From positions 75,526 through 139,525 of the forward strand of contig DAHVNA010000001.1 of the NCBI GenBank assembly GCA_027319565.1: a stretch of DNA of 64,000 nt, given 5' to 3'. The notes beneath the pieces were generated by a model. The model did no database searches. It worked only from the letters and a program-made list of their open reading frames with translations, and was not told the DNA's origin. The DNA is from Elusimicrobiota bacterium. GTDB lineage: Bacteria; Elusimicrobiota; Elusimicrobia; UBA1565; UBA9628. The first letter of the stretch is position 1; each line of letters starts with the position of its first letter. Shown piece after piece: positions 39,072-49,094 of the stretch. The translations under genes were made by a program, and so were the position numbers.

Positions 39072-41105
39072 TTAGTGGAGACTGTAGAGGCATATTCCGC
39101 CTAAGCAGTGCAGTGGATGAAGGCGATTTAAAAGGCCGTTGACCAAGAGGTTTGATCTTCGGTAATAAGATTGATCTCCTTTGTAGTTTCCAATATAAGG
39201 GTTATAGAGGATGTGGGTAAACCCCAGGGCTAATAATTCTTGGCGCAATTGCCGCCAGTCGGCGATGGAGTTGTAATCGAGAACTCCGGGGTTTAAAGGA
39301 TCGCCCCAGGCGTATTGGGGGTTGAGATAATAGCCCCTGACATCCCGGAAAAGAAAAATTTTAGAATTTAGCGGCAGATGATTGGCGGCTTGACTCATCA
39401 AATACCAAGGCCCGAGACTTTTTTCAAGATAATGCCGGGCGGGCGGCTCTAGAGCGGCATCGAGGTTTAAAAAGGCATACATTTCGTTGTTCAAAGACAA
39501 TTTCTTCAAGGGCCAGAGGCCAATTAAAAGCGCGGAAAATGCCAGGGTTCGCAAGAACGGTTTTTCTCCGAGGAGTTGGGAACTCCAGGCGCCGATTAAA
39601 ACCGCCAAGATCGCGGCCGCCGGTAAAAAATAGCGCCAGTCCTGGTAGACATAAAACCAAACCGTGTAGAAGAAAAAGATAAAGAGAAGAATTTTTTTCT
39701 CGATCGCTTCGAGAGACGGGCGCCGGATGAGACGAACGGAGAGCAAAATGAAAAAAGGAATCATCATCCACTGCGGCTGGTGGAGAAAGGTCTTGGGTTT
39801 TAAAATAAGGACAAAGGGGACGCTTAAATAATGAACGAAGGTTTTGGAGACTCCTTCGGTCACTGACGCAGATAAGCGCTTCCAGGCCGCCATATCCGGG
39901 GCGCTGGCATGAAAAAATTGTCCCAAATAGGGCCAGACCGGGTTTCCAGTTTGAATCCAATTTTTTAAATACCAGGGAAATCCCAAAAGAAAGACTCCGC
40001 TTCCGTAGAGAAAAATTTCTTTTGCCTTCTCAAGGACGGAATCGGAATTTTGGATTAAAATCAGAGCGCCTAAAGCTGCGATGGCCCATAGCCCGGTAAT
40101 TTTCGCGCTGGCGGCAAGGCCGCTTAAGAGCCCGCAGAGAAATAAGAGCCGCTTGCGTTCTCGTGAAAGCGGTTCTCGCGATAAGATGAGAAAAACAAAA
40201 ACAGCGGCGGCGATGGTTTGGGCGATGTTGAGGTCTGTTTCCGCGTTTCCTATGACCCGTTGAAATAACGGCTGAACCGATAAAAGAGCGCAAGAAATTT
40301 CCGCCGCTCTATTTCCAAAGAAACGCCGGGCAATCAGCCATGCCGCGGCCAAAAGTCCAAGGCCGTTGATAAAATTAACGATGTGGGCGGCGCGGGCGCC
40401 GATGAAGGCCAAGCACAAGAGATAAATCATTTCGGCTCCAAGGGGATAATGGGCATTGGCTGACCATCTTAAGTTGACCAAGGCCTTGTCATGGAGAAAA
40501 ATTTTGGGAAGAGCCAGATGATAAGCCAAGGAGTCCCAATCGGTGTCCGGGGCTGAGCTAGCGATAAAGCCTCGCAAAAGGGCGGCAAAAATGGCGGTCC
40601 AGCAAAGAATGGATATCCAATCTCTTTTCTCGTGAGAGGAATCTCTAATTTTTTGGACGGCTTTGGCGAAAAAATTTCTTTCTCGCCAGGCTCCCCAACA
40701 GAGAAATGCAAAGAGGCTCAATAATACCGCGCTTGTGTAAAGAGAAAGAAGACCGAGACTGAAGATGAGTAGAGAAATTAATCCCTCCCCGATAACCAAC
40801 GATAGAAATAATTTTTCCGGCGTCTCTAAAACTTCTGAAATCTCAAGCGAATCTAGGATGGCGCGGCCTAAAGATAAAAAGCCAAGGGCGAGGATGAGGG
40901 CGAAAACGACGCTAGCGGTAAAATGAAAAAATCCGTTGAGACTCCTGAGAGTTAAAGCGTTCGGATGCGAAAATAAATAGGACAGGCAATAGCGGCTTTG
41001 AAATAAAACAAAGGCGAGCGCGAGAAAAAAAGATAAAAATAGGTTAATTTTGGCTTGAGAGCTTATCTGAAATTTTTTCGCGCAATTCAAGGATCGCTCG
41101 AACAT
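39072..41105 (-). CDS. GT-C / ArnT-PMT-like multi-TM glycosyltransferase (start uncertain)
   Basis: DWDSLAYHLALPK, YPLGAEM, ETDL, SAKITG, PWYLKNWIQTGNPVWP, RYFLP. Confidence 0.75.
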   Translation of the reverse strand: MFERSLNCAKKFQISSQAKINLFLSFFLALAFVLFQSRYCLSYLFSHPNALTLRSLNGFFHFTASVVFALILALGFLSLGRAILDSLEISEVLETPEKLFLSLVIGEGLISLLIFSLGLLSLYTSAVLLSLFAFLCWGAWRERNFFAKAVQKIRDSSHEKRDWISILCWTAIFAALLRGFIASSAPDTDWDSLAYHLALPKIFLHDKALVNLRWSANAHYPLGAEMIYLLCLAFIGARAAHIVNFINGLGLLAAAWLIARRFFGNRAAEISCALLSVQPLFQRVIGNAETDLNIAQTIAAAVFVFLILSREPLSRERKRLLFLCGLLSGLAASAKITGLWAIAALGALILIQNSDSVLEKAKEIFLYGSGVFLLGFPWYLKNWIQTGNPVWPYLGQFFHASAPDMAAWKRLSASVTEGVSKTFVHYLSVPFVLILKPKTFLHQPQWMMIPFFILLSVRLIRRPSLEAIEKKILLFIFFFYTVWFYVYQDWRYFLPAAAILAVLIGAWSSQLLGEKPFLRTLAFSALLIGLWPLKKLSLNNEMYAFLNLDAALEPPARHYLEKSLGPWYLMSQAANHLPLNSKIFLFRDVRGYYLNPQYAWGDPLNPGVLDYNSIADWRQLRQELLALGFTHILYNPYIGNYKGDQSYYRRSNLLVNGLLNRLHPLHCLGGICLYSLH

Positions 41106-41952
41106 AGTTGTCGGAAGGGTTGTAGGCGTAAATCGAGTTCCAGATCGGAGATCCCGGGCTGGAATCTCCGGCGGCGTATCCGTGGGCTATGAGGTAGTGG
41201 GCGACGCTGGCTAAAACGTCGGGCCAACTCTTCCAGTTTTTAACTCCGTCCCCATCGAAATCGACGGCATATGTATTGTAGCTGGACGGCATGAATTGAA
41301 AATATCCGAAAGCTCCGGCGTAGGAACCCTTGATGGATTGAGGACGAATGTTTCCTTTATAACAAAGCTCCATGTAAGCGGCCAGTTCTTGCCGAGCCCA
41401 ATCGGATAAGGCCGGGATCTTGGCCGCGATGGTGTAAAGGGCCGATAGGACCGGAATGCTTCCGGTGACATGTCCCCAGCGCGTTTCAACCCCGACCAAG
41501 CTGACTAAAATAAGAGGATCGACGGGATAATCGTTTTGGATTTGAGACAAAAGTTCCGCATGTTTTTGATAAAAAGCGGCGCCGTAATCGATATTGGCCT
41601 TGGTCATGAATCTTTTGCGGTATTCTTTATAGGGCATTTTCTCGGCGGGGCGGTGGAATAAGCCGATAATTGCGGGGATGATCTTCGTCTTTGGATTAAA
41701 CAAGGCTCTGTGGACAAAGGAGTTGGGGACATTAGAATCGGAGAGACGATGGATGATATCTCGATAAATGGTTTCTTTGCTGAGGGCTTTTTTACTCTCG
41801 GTCAAAGAGGAGCTTTTTTGCCTGAGGAGAATTTGAATCTGATTGATCTGATTGAAAAATGCGGAATCATCCTGCGGGAGTTCTGCCGCTTGAGAGAGGA
41901 GAACATTTCCGAGGACCAATATCAAGGACAGAGATAATTTTTTCCTATTCAT
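41044..41952 (-). CDS. mltB: Lytic murein transglycosylase B family
   Basis: VGVETRWG, GSYAGAFGYFQFMPSSY, AVDFDGDG, YAYNPSDNYV. Confidence 0.9.
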   Translation of the reverse strand: MNRKKLSLSLILVLGNVLLSQAAELPQDDSAFFNQINQIQILLRQKSSSLTESKKALSKETIYRDIIHRLSDSNVPNSFVHRALFNPKTKIIPAIIGLFHRPAEKMPYKEYRKRFMTKANIDYGAAFYQKHAELLSQIQNDYPVDPLILVSLVGVETRWGHVTGSIPVLSALYTIAAKIPALSDWARQELAAYMELCYKGNIRPQSIKGSYAGAFGYFQFMPSSYNTYAVDFDGDGVKNWKSWPDVLASVAHYLIAHGYAAGDSSPGSPIWNSIYAYNPSDNYVRAILELREKISDKLSSQN

Positions 41953-42013
41953 AATTTAAGTTTAGCATAGAAAGTCTTACATAAGACCATGATAAATTCC
42001 TATCATTAGAAAC

Positions 42014-44254
42014 ATGGCGCGCTCACGGCCTGTCGCGGAAACTTTGCCGGTTGGTCTTTCATGGCTGGATTTCCTTCAGCATTTTTTTCTGGTCTTAGCC
42101 TTTTTTGTCTCTCCGCTGATTTTTTTTACCAATCTTACTCGCAATCCCTATATCACGCAGATTTGCGCCCTCAATATCTCGATTTCCATCGTTCTCACTC
42201 TTTGGATGTTCCAAAATTACGGAGAGTTGCGAAAGATTAAGACGGTTCTTGATTTTCCGCTGCTCTTTTGGACCCTCATTATTTTCATCAGTTGGGGATA
42301 CGCTTTTTTTAGGCACGTCAAATTTTACCGGCCCTCCGTTTTCAATGAAGGCCTTAACCATGAAATTTTTTGGGTGATCAACTGCCTGGGGGCTTTTTTT
42401 ATCGGGGTTTCTTCGATCCGAAGTCAAGAGGAGGCCGATGAAGATGTCAACATCTGGGCGTGGGCGGGTTTTTGCGTTGTATGGGGGAGTTTGTGGTTTT
42501 TTTTCCCGTTGATGAGGAGTTCCAACTCGCCAGCCACCGACATCGCGGCCTTGGTCTGGAACGGTTACGGGGCTTTTCTCTGGGTGTTGGGAGTGGGATG
42601 TTGCGTTTACTTAAGCTTTAAAAGAAGAGCCATTGATTATCTCCATCTCGCTTTGGCCGCGGGGTTTTTGGCCTCGGCTTACGGCGTTCTTCAGTATTTT
42701 AATTTTGAGTTTATTTGGCCTCACGCGCTCAATCCTTATGGCGGACGCGCGGTTTCAACTTTTGGAAACCCCAACTTCCTTTCTTCCTACAATGTCATCT
42801 TGCTTCCTTTTTGCGTGGTTTTATGGGCCCGAGCCAAGGGTGGGGCGCGTTATTGGTATGGCATCTGCGCGCTGACGCTTGAAGCCGGGCTTTTATGCAG
42901 CCTGACCCGCTCTTCTTGGCTTGGGGCTTTTGTGGCCGTGTCTTTCTTATTTTTTTCGAAAGGATTTATTCATATGCTCCGGAAAGAAATACGCCTATTT
43001 GGGCTTTTTTTTGGAGTGGGTTTTGCCGTTTTTGTCTTATGGCCGCATAGTCTTCTTTCGGCTGGATATCATCCCAGCGTTTTAGGGCGCTTGGAAGAAG
43101 TCGATACCTTGCTTAAGCCCGGACCGGTGAAGCAGGCCTATAGTCCTTGGCATCAAAGAGTGATGATTTGGACTTGCGCCTGGCTGATGGCCAAAGACAA
43201 TCCCTTGACCGGGCAAGGTTTTGGGCTTTTTGAGTTGTTCTATCCGTTTTATCAAGGACCGGTTTTGCGGGCTACGCCTTTTTACTGGGATTTAAGGACT
43301 CATGCCAACAATGCCCACAATGAGGCGCTGGAGGTTTTATCCCAGACAGGGATATTGGGGCTGGGGTTGTTTATTTGGGTCTGGGTGGTTTTTTTCCGTT
43401 TCGCGCGTGATTTTAGCGGTCAAGAAGAAGATTCCCTTAAAAATTTGTGGGTTTCCGCGGGCGCGGCGAGCGTTTTGGGCATGCTGGCTGACAATCTCCT
43501 CAACGTGTCTCTTCATTTCGCGGTTCCGGCTTTTCTTTTTTGGTGGGTGGTGGGCTCTAGCGTTGGAAATGGGCGCGTTCACTTTTTGAAGGCGAGGGCG
43601 GAAAAAAATAAAAGAAATATTTGGGTTTTTCTCTCTGTTTTAGGCTTATGCGTGTGGATGATCGGGCGCTGGAGCTGCGTTTGGGAAAGAGAAGTCCATT
43701 ATTTTTCCGGTTTTAAATTAGCTAGACAGGGAGATATGCCTGGCGCGATTAATCAGCTTGAGATTTCAAAACATTGGGGGCCGCCCGAGGTTAACGCGAT
43801 TTACGAATTAGGCAACGCTTACGCGCGTTCCGGGTTTTTTAGAAGAGCTGAAAAAAACTATCAGGCGGCTCTTGATGCCAATGCGGGATATGACGAAATT
43901 TTCTTTAACAAGGGGGCTATCGAGGCCAATCATCTCAATGACATCCTCGACGCGATTAATAATTTTCGCGTTTCGTGGTGGATTAACCCACTTTTGAAAG
44001 ACGTTTACAATAGCCTAGGCGCGCTTTATTTGCGAGATCCGCTTAAGTATCTCTCGCCGGCCTTGGATCTTCTCTCATATGGCGTCAAGGTATTCCCCCA
44101 AGACTCCGGGTTCTGGAATAATTTAGGCTATCTTCAAACCCTCAATAAAAATTATCCTGAAGCTGTCAGCGATTATCAAAGAGCTCTTCAGATTAACCCC
44201 AATTTGACCGCCGCGCGAAAGAATCTGGAAATTCTAACCCACTTTCGTCCCTAA
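42014..44254 (+). CDS. O-antigen ligase / OTase-like membrane protein with C-terminal TPRs
   Basis: STFGNPNFL, TRSSWLG, RVMIW...NPLTGQGFG, NAHNEALEVLSQTGILG; TPRs (WNNLGY...YQRALQINP). Confidence 0.85.
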   Translation: MARSRPVAETLPVGLSWLDFLQHFFLVLAFFVSPLIFFTNLTRNPYITQICALNISISIVLTLWMFQNYGELRKIKTVLDFPLLFWTLIIFISWGYAFFRHVKFYRPSVFNEGLNHEIFWVINCLGAFFIGVSSIRSQEEADEDVNIWAWAGFCVVWGSLWFFFPLMRSSNSPATDIAALVWNGYGAFLWVLGVGCCVYLSFKRRAIDYLHLALAAGFLASAYGVLQYFNFEFIWPHALNPYGGRAVSTFGNPNFLSSYNVILLPFCVVLWARAKGGARYWYGICALTLEAGLLCSLTRSSWLGAFVAVSFLFFSKGFIHMLRKEIRLFGLFFGVGFAVFVLWPHSLLSAGYHPSVLGRLEEVDTLLKPGPVKQAYSPWHQRVMIWTCAWLMAKDNPLTGQGFGLFELFYPFYQGPVLRATPFYWDLRTHANNAHNEALEVLSQTGILGLGLFIWVWVVFFRFARDFSGQEEDSLKNLWVSAGAASVLGMLADNLLNVSLHFAVPAFLFWWVVGSSVGNGRVHFLKARAEKNKRNIWVFLSVLGLCVWMIGRWSCVWEREVHYFSGFKLARQGDMPGAINQLEISKHWGPPEVNAIYELGNAYARSGFFRRAEKNYQAALDANAGYDEIFFNKGAIEANHLNDILDAINNFRVSWWINPLLKDVYNSLGALYLRDPLKYLSPALDLLSYGVKVFPQDSGFWNNLGYLQTLNKNYPEAVSDYQRALQINPNLTAARKNLEILTHFRP

Positions 44255-44341
44255 ACTCTGTAATAATTTAGCAAACACTTCGGCGCAATAATTATTAGGA
44301 TAAGCGAAATCTATTTAAGGGAGAAATATCGGTTAAAGCTC

Positions 44342-46168
44342 ATGTTTAGAAGGAGGCAGAAGTTTTTTTGGAGCTTGATTATTGGCTCACTTACCGTCGG
44401 TGCATGGGGGGGAATTATTGCTGGCCAAGAGCCGCCGCTGAGCCGCGATATGCAACTGGGAATTTTTTATTTCAAGAAGGGGGAGGATTCCGAGGCGATG
44501 GACCGCTTTATTGAAGTCCTTAATGGCGGAAACCCGACCGAGAGAACCCTTGCCAATAAGTATCTTAACCGTATTACTCGGCGCATGTCGGGGACAGAAT
44601 CAAATCCACAAAAACCAGCTCAAAAAACGGAAGAGAAAACATCTTCTTCTTCATCCTCGGCTGTTCCCTCAAGCGCCGTAAAACCGGCTCCAAGTCCTAC
44701 TCCATCCCAAGCTCAAGCCGCGCCAGCGTCTGTTGCGGCGCCGCATGAAGCGCCTGTAGCGTCCCCTCAAACACAAAAACAAAGCCCTGCGGTTGCTGTT
44801 TCCCCTACGGCTCAAGCCGCGCCACTGAGTCCTAGCGCCATTCAAGAACAAATCAAGGGGAAAATCCAAGCCTTGGCTGATTCCGGATTGAGGCGCTTGA
44901 AGCGCGTTCATCGTGTCGTTATTCTTCGTAAAAAAGATGAACGGCCGTTGGCGATTGCCTTGCCTTCGGATATTCTATTTGAAAAGCAAATAGCGTTTAA
45001 AAACCGCGCCAATCAAATTATTTCCGATTTAGCCTCGGTCACTTACGGAGAAGGACAAGCGAAAATATTCATTTTCCCCCAAGGAGCCGCATTGGGAGAT
45101 GTGAAGGTCATGGATATGCGTCGGGCAGTGGCTCTCGCCGATTCCTTGGTGTCTCTGGGAATCGCTCCTAGCCGGGTTCAGGCGGAGCTTCTCACTGGAA
45201 GCTCATACCGCATTCCGAGTTCGCTTCTTTCATTTAAAGGGATTATCTTGGTTTTTGATTATCATTCGACTCTTGATCTTAAGGCGCCGCCGGACGAGTC
45301 CGGACCGCCCTTATCGATGGGGCTTTCTAGTCCGCGGTTCAGGGCTGATCAAGGCCAAGGCGTTTTGATCGAGTTCTCCGTTCAAAAACCGCATTCGGGG
45401 GTGAATTTCTGGAGATTTAAGATTTTGGGACCCGAGAACGCCAAAGCGAAGACAATTGAAGAAGTCGTGGGAAGCGGCCCGGTGTTTCATCAGGTCTATT
45501 GGGACGGCAGGAAAAATTATTCCGGCTTTCATGAACCCTATGGTTTTTATGAGTGCCTTTTAACGGCGAAAGATGGCTCAGGGCGAACTCGGGCGATTCA
45601 CCGTTGGGTTGAACTGGCCGGACCCGCTGGGGCGCAACACGCTTCAAGGAAAATTCCCGCGAAGGCATCCAAGGTAGTCAGCGCATCGAAGCGTTCTCAT
45701 CTTAAGCCAGCGGGGAAGTCTTTTCACGGCAAAAAAGTTTCATATGTTCAATTGCGCGCGAGCCGCAGAAAGAAAATGAAGCGGAGTCTGCATGAAAAGA
45801 AAATAAAATCCCGAGCGAAAGGGCCTCGGATTGCAAGCGCGATTGTGTTTAAGACCAGTAGTTATCAATTGTCAAAAGCCATGAAAAGCAATATCCTGAA
45901 ACTTGCGCGTGACATGGCTAAAAATAAGAAAGTCCGATATGATATTATCGGTTATGCCAAGCCTGCGGAAAAAAATGCTAAAAACTTATGTCGGCAGCGG
46001 GCGCAGATAGTCGCCGGATTGCTCATCAACAAATATCGGATTAATTTTAAAAGGCTTAAAATCAGCGGGAAAGTGTCAAATTTAAAAGGTTCTCGTGTGC
46101 TGGTTTTAGCGCGAATAGCCGCAAAAAAGAGGAGAATTCAAAAGCGTGGACGAAAAGTTCATCGATGA
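44342..46168 (+). CDS. Secreted multidomain protein: TPR-like, OmpA-like, FlgD-Ig-like and second OmpA-like domain
   Basis: Signal peptide; LPSDILFE...RRAVALADSLVSLGIAPSRV; VYWDGR...YECLLTAKD; IVFKTSSYQL...IIGYA...LCRQRAQIV. Confidence 0.6.
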   Translation: MFRRRQKFFWSLIIGSLTVGAWGGIIAGQEPPLSRDMQLGIFYFKKGEDSEAMDRFIEVLNGGNPTERTLANKYLNRITRRMSGTESNPQKPAQKTEEKTSSSSSSAVPSSAVKPAPSPTPSQAQAAPASVAAPHEAPVASPQTQKQSPAVAVSPTAQAAPLSPSAIQEQIKGKIQALADSGLRRLKRVHRVVILRKKDERPLAIALPSDILFEKQIAFKNRANQIISDLASVTYGEGQAKIFIFPQGAALGDVKVMDMRRAVALADSLVSLGIAPSRVQAELLTGSSYRIPSSLLSFKGIILVFDYHSTLDLKAPPDESGPPLSMGLSSPRFRADQGQGVLIEFSVQKPHSGVNFWRFKILGPENAKAKTIEEVVGSGPVFHQVYWDGRKNYSGFHEPYGFYECLLTAKDGSGRTRAIHRWVELAGPAGAQHASRKIPAKASKVVSASKRSHLKPAGKSFHGKKVSYVQLRASRRKKMKRSLHEKKIKSRAKGPRIASAIVFKTSSYQLSKAMKSNILKLARDMAKNKKVRYDIIGYAKPAEKNAKNLCRQRAQIVAGLLINKYRINFKRLKISGKVSNLKGSRVLVLARIAAKKRRIQKRGRKVHR

Positions 46169-47771
46169 ATGGGCCTTTGGGATAAAGGCTCCCAAGGTTT
46201 CTCAAAATCTGGGCATTTACCTAAGCCCAAGCGTGGCCTATATTGCCCAATCCCATCTCAACAAAGGCCGTTTGGTTTTAGATCAGCTTTTTCGCGTGGC
46301 CCTTCCTAAACCTAAAGTCGTGGCTCCGCCTAAGGAAGCTTCTCAAATGCCGGGAGTGGAGTTGTGGGGAGATTTTAACGATATTTTGGACGTTTTGCGC
46401 CCCTCTATAGGCAAACTGGTCAATGCGCCAAAGGAGGTCGTGGTTTCTCTCTCTCCGGAACTCAGTCTCCTTCGTTATTTTCAGATGCCTCAAATTGAGC
46501 AAAGATTTTGGAAAACGGCAATTCCTTTGGAGGCAAAAAAACATATTCCTTTCGCCTTTCAAGGCCTTACCAGCGATTTTCAGGTTTTTCCTTCTGCGGT
46601 TTCAACCCCGGAGGGAAAAACGATGCAGGGGGTCTTGTTCGCCGTCACGTCTAAATCGACCTGGGAAGGCGTTAGAGATTTAATGAAGGGGTTGAAATTA
46701 GAGATGGTGGCCATGGAGACCAGCGTCAACTCTTATTTGAGATTTCTGCTGTCCATGGATAAAGGGATTGCGGATCCTGCTTGCCTTTGGGTCCATTTTT
46801 CCGATGTGAAGGTTCGCATTGTCGGATTTGCAAAAGGAATTCCGCTTTTGTTTAGAGAAGCTGATTGGTATCCCAATGGTGATCTAAGGACGCTAGGACT
46901 TCCCAGCCTGGTTGATTTTATCAGCCATAAATTAAATTTGGGGTCCGTGCAAAAGTGCTTAGTTAGCGGCGCAGCCAATGAGTCTATCATTGCGGGGCTT
47001 TCCCAGGAGATAAATCTGAGAGGGGAACCCAAAAACCCTGGACTTCCATTAGGGCTTAAGGGCGGAGATTTTGAGTCTTATGCCGCCATTGGCGGTTCTT
47101 TCCGTTTTACCGCTCCTTCTCCCGCCAATATCGATTTTTCCGCGGCAATGAAGGTGACTGATGGCGAGAGAAAAGCGGCGATGTTTGTTTTTGGGGCTTC
47201 AGTTGTTGTCGCCGTACTTTTTATCGTTTTAGGCTTGTTCTCAGGTGTCCAAGTTTTCATGCAATCACGGGAACTTTCAGGAATTAAAAGAGACCCGCAT
47301 GTCGAGGCCCTCTTTCGCGGAAAATCCCAGGGGGATATACAAAAGATGATCTCTAAAATAGAAAAAGAAACGGCTTTTTTAGGCGGCGCCAGTAATAAAA
47401 AAAATGACCCTTCTGTTTTCCTTGAGGATATCGCTGCTTCCATTCCCGAAAACCTTTGGCTGACCGATATAAAACTGGATAATCCCTTACCACGGCCAGG
47501 GCGCAACATAGGGCAGGGTATGACACTAAAATTATCTGGATATTCCACGGCCGATTCGCGGATGGGGGAAGAAGAAGACGCCAAAAACTTTAAAGAAGCT
47601 CTTGAGGAATTGCCTGATTTTAAAAGATTTTCCGTTCAGATACAATTGCAGAAAGGGCAAAGCCAAAGCATGTTTGGGGGTCTCAATAAAGACCCGTATG
47701 AAGCGGAGCGGCAGCGCGAGAAAAGAACGGGTTTTGATATTACCATTCAGCCGCGATACGATTTAAATTAA
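46146..47771 (+). CDS. Fused PilM-like/PilN-like (GspL-like) assembly platform protein
   Basis: Cytoplasmic LRYFQMP...EAKKHIPF (PilM-like), one TM, then IPENLWLTDI...LKLSG (PilN-like); GTG start. Confidence 0.7.
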   Translation: MDEKFIDEWAFGIKAPKVSQNLGIYLSPSVAYIAQSHLNKGRLVLDQLFRVALPKPKVVAPPKEASQMPGVELWGDFNDILDVLRPSIGKLVNAPKEVVVSLSPELSLLRYFQMPQIEQRFWKTAIPLEAKKHIPFAFQGLTSDFQVFPSAVSTPEGKTMQGVLFAVTSKSTWEGVRDLMKGLKLEMVAMETSVNSYLRFLLSMDKGIADPACLWVHFSDVKVRIVGFAKGIPLLFREADWYPNGDLRTLGLPSLVDFISHKLNLGSVQKCLVSGAANESIIAGLSQEINLRGEPKNPGLPLGLKGGDFESYAAIGGSFRFTAPSPANIDFSAAMKVTDGERKAAMFVFGASVVVAVLFIVLGLFSGVQVFMQSRELSGIKRDPHVEALFRGKSQGDIQKMISKIEKETAFLGGASNKKNDPSVFLEDIAASIPENLWLTDIKLDNPLPRPGRNIGQGMTLKLSGYSTADSRMGEEEDAKNFKEALEELPDFKRFSVQIQLQKGQSQSMFGGLNKDPYEAERQREKRTGFDITIQPRYDLN

Positions 47772-47775
47772 TTTT

Positions 47776-48365
47776 ATGGCTATGGATATTAAGGATATCA
47801 ATAGAAAAATTCGCCATTTGCAGCGAGATTTTGGCGATACTATTTTTGTTCTCCAAAATAAGGGACTTAAGTATTTCCAACGCGTTTGGTTGGCGGCGCT
47901 TCTCATTTGTTTGTACCCTATAAATTCTTTTATCAATCGATGGATAGTAGAATTTCGTCATTAGAGATGAGAATTAAGACAGCCCGGGCCACTAATAAAT
48001 ATGCCAAGACCTATAACGATGCCATGGAAAATCTTCTCGTCGTTGAGCGCCGCCTTCCTCCGGCAAGCAAGGGGACCGGGTGGTTAAGCGATATTTCTAT
48101 TTCTTCTCTCAAAGACGAAAACATTACTCCTGATTCAGTCTCTTCCGTCCATCAAGTTCAAAGCGGAAAACTTATTAAGGAAAGCATCTCGGTCGATTTT
48201 CAAGCGAAATTCCCTGAAATTTTTTCGTGGCTTTATAAGATTGAACACGATCATTATCTGATTCATGTTGACTCTCTGCAGATAAAAAAGAAAGGGCTCG
48301 ATGAAAACAAAGTTCATTGCACTCTTTCTACTTTGATTCAGGCTGGATCCGGAGGTAATTCCTAA
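47776..48365 (+). pseudogene. pilO: PilO/GspM-like protein split by a 1-nt frameshift (or assembly error)
   Basis: ORFs 47776-47964 and 47886-48365 join into a continuous TM plus PilO-like protein if one T is added at 47906-47908. Confidence 0.7.
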
Positions 48366-48367
48366 AC

Positions 48368-49084
48368 ATGGCTAAAAAGAGTCCTGCGGGCTGGGTGGTT
48401 CTTATGCTTGTTTTAGCCCTTCCGGGACTTGCTTTTTATTTTTGGTGGAATCATTTGGGCGGCAATCATAATGTCACTCAAAAACTCGCGAAAACACAGC
48501 CTTTTTCTCGTGTTTTTAACGCCTCTCCCCCTGGCACTAAGGTCTCAATTCCACGATTTTCTAGCGCTCCGATGGCGCCTGCTTCAAGCCCTCAAGCCTC
48601 GCCGAAATCTCCGGTGGTCGCAAAAACAATGCCCGCAGCTCTTGCCCGACCCGGCGTTTCTACGCCTTCCTCTGTTTCATTGGTCAACGCAGGAAAGCCG
48701 CTTACTACCTCTTCGGTTTCAGCCATGGCTTTAAAACCCGTAGCGCAAAATGGCCAGAAATTAGCGGTTCCAACTTTGAAAAGAGACCCCACTCTCTCTC
48801 CGACGGACCGACAGGAAATTTATGATTTGCTTCACCCGAAGCCTAAACCCAAGATTGTGCGCCGGAGGATTAAAAAGAAAAAGGGCCCTCCTATTGAAAG
48901 TTTGATTGATTTGTCAGGAATCATTTTTATGTCTCCATCGAATGCCAAGGCGATTATTAATGGAAATCTTATGAAGGTGGGGCAAATGGTGCATGGGGCT
49001 AAGATTATTGAGATCGAAAAACAAAAAGTTATTTTCTCTTATCATGGGCGAAAGGTAATCAAGGTGATGAGCGGTAAACTTTGA
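48368..49084 (+). CDS. Membrane-anchored PilP/GspB-C-like accessory protein
   Basis: N-terminal TM, Pro/Ser linker, RDPT, LSGII...KAIINGNLMKVGQMVHGAKIIEI. Confidence 0.6.
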   Translation: MAKKSPAGWVVLMLVLALPGLAFYFWWNHLGGNHNVTQKLAKTQPFSRVFNASPPGTKVSIPRFSSAPMAPASSPQASPKSPVVAKTMPAALARPGVSTPSSVSLVNAGKPLTTSSVSAMALKPVAQNGQKLAVPTLKRDPTLSPTDRQEIYDLLHPKPKPKIVRRRIKKKKGPPIESLIDLSGIIFMSPSNAKAIINGNLMKVGQMVHGAKIIEIEKQKVIFSYHGRKVIKVMSGKL

Positions 49085-49094
49085 GGAGACTATT

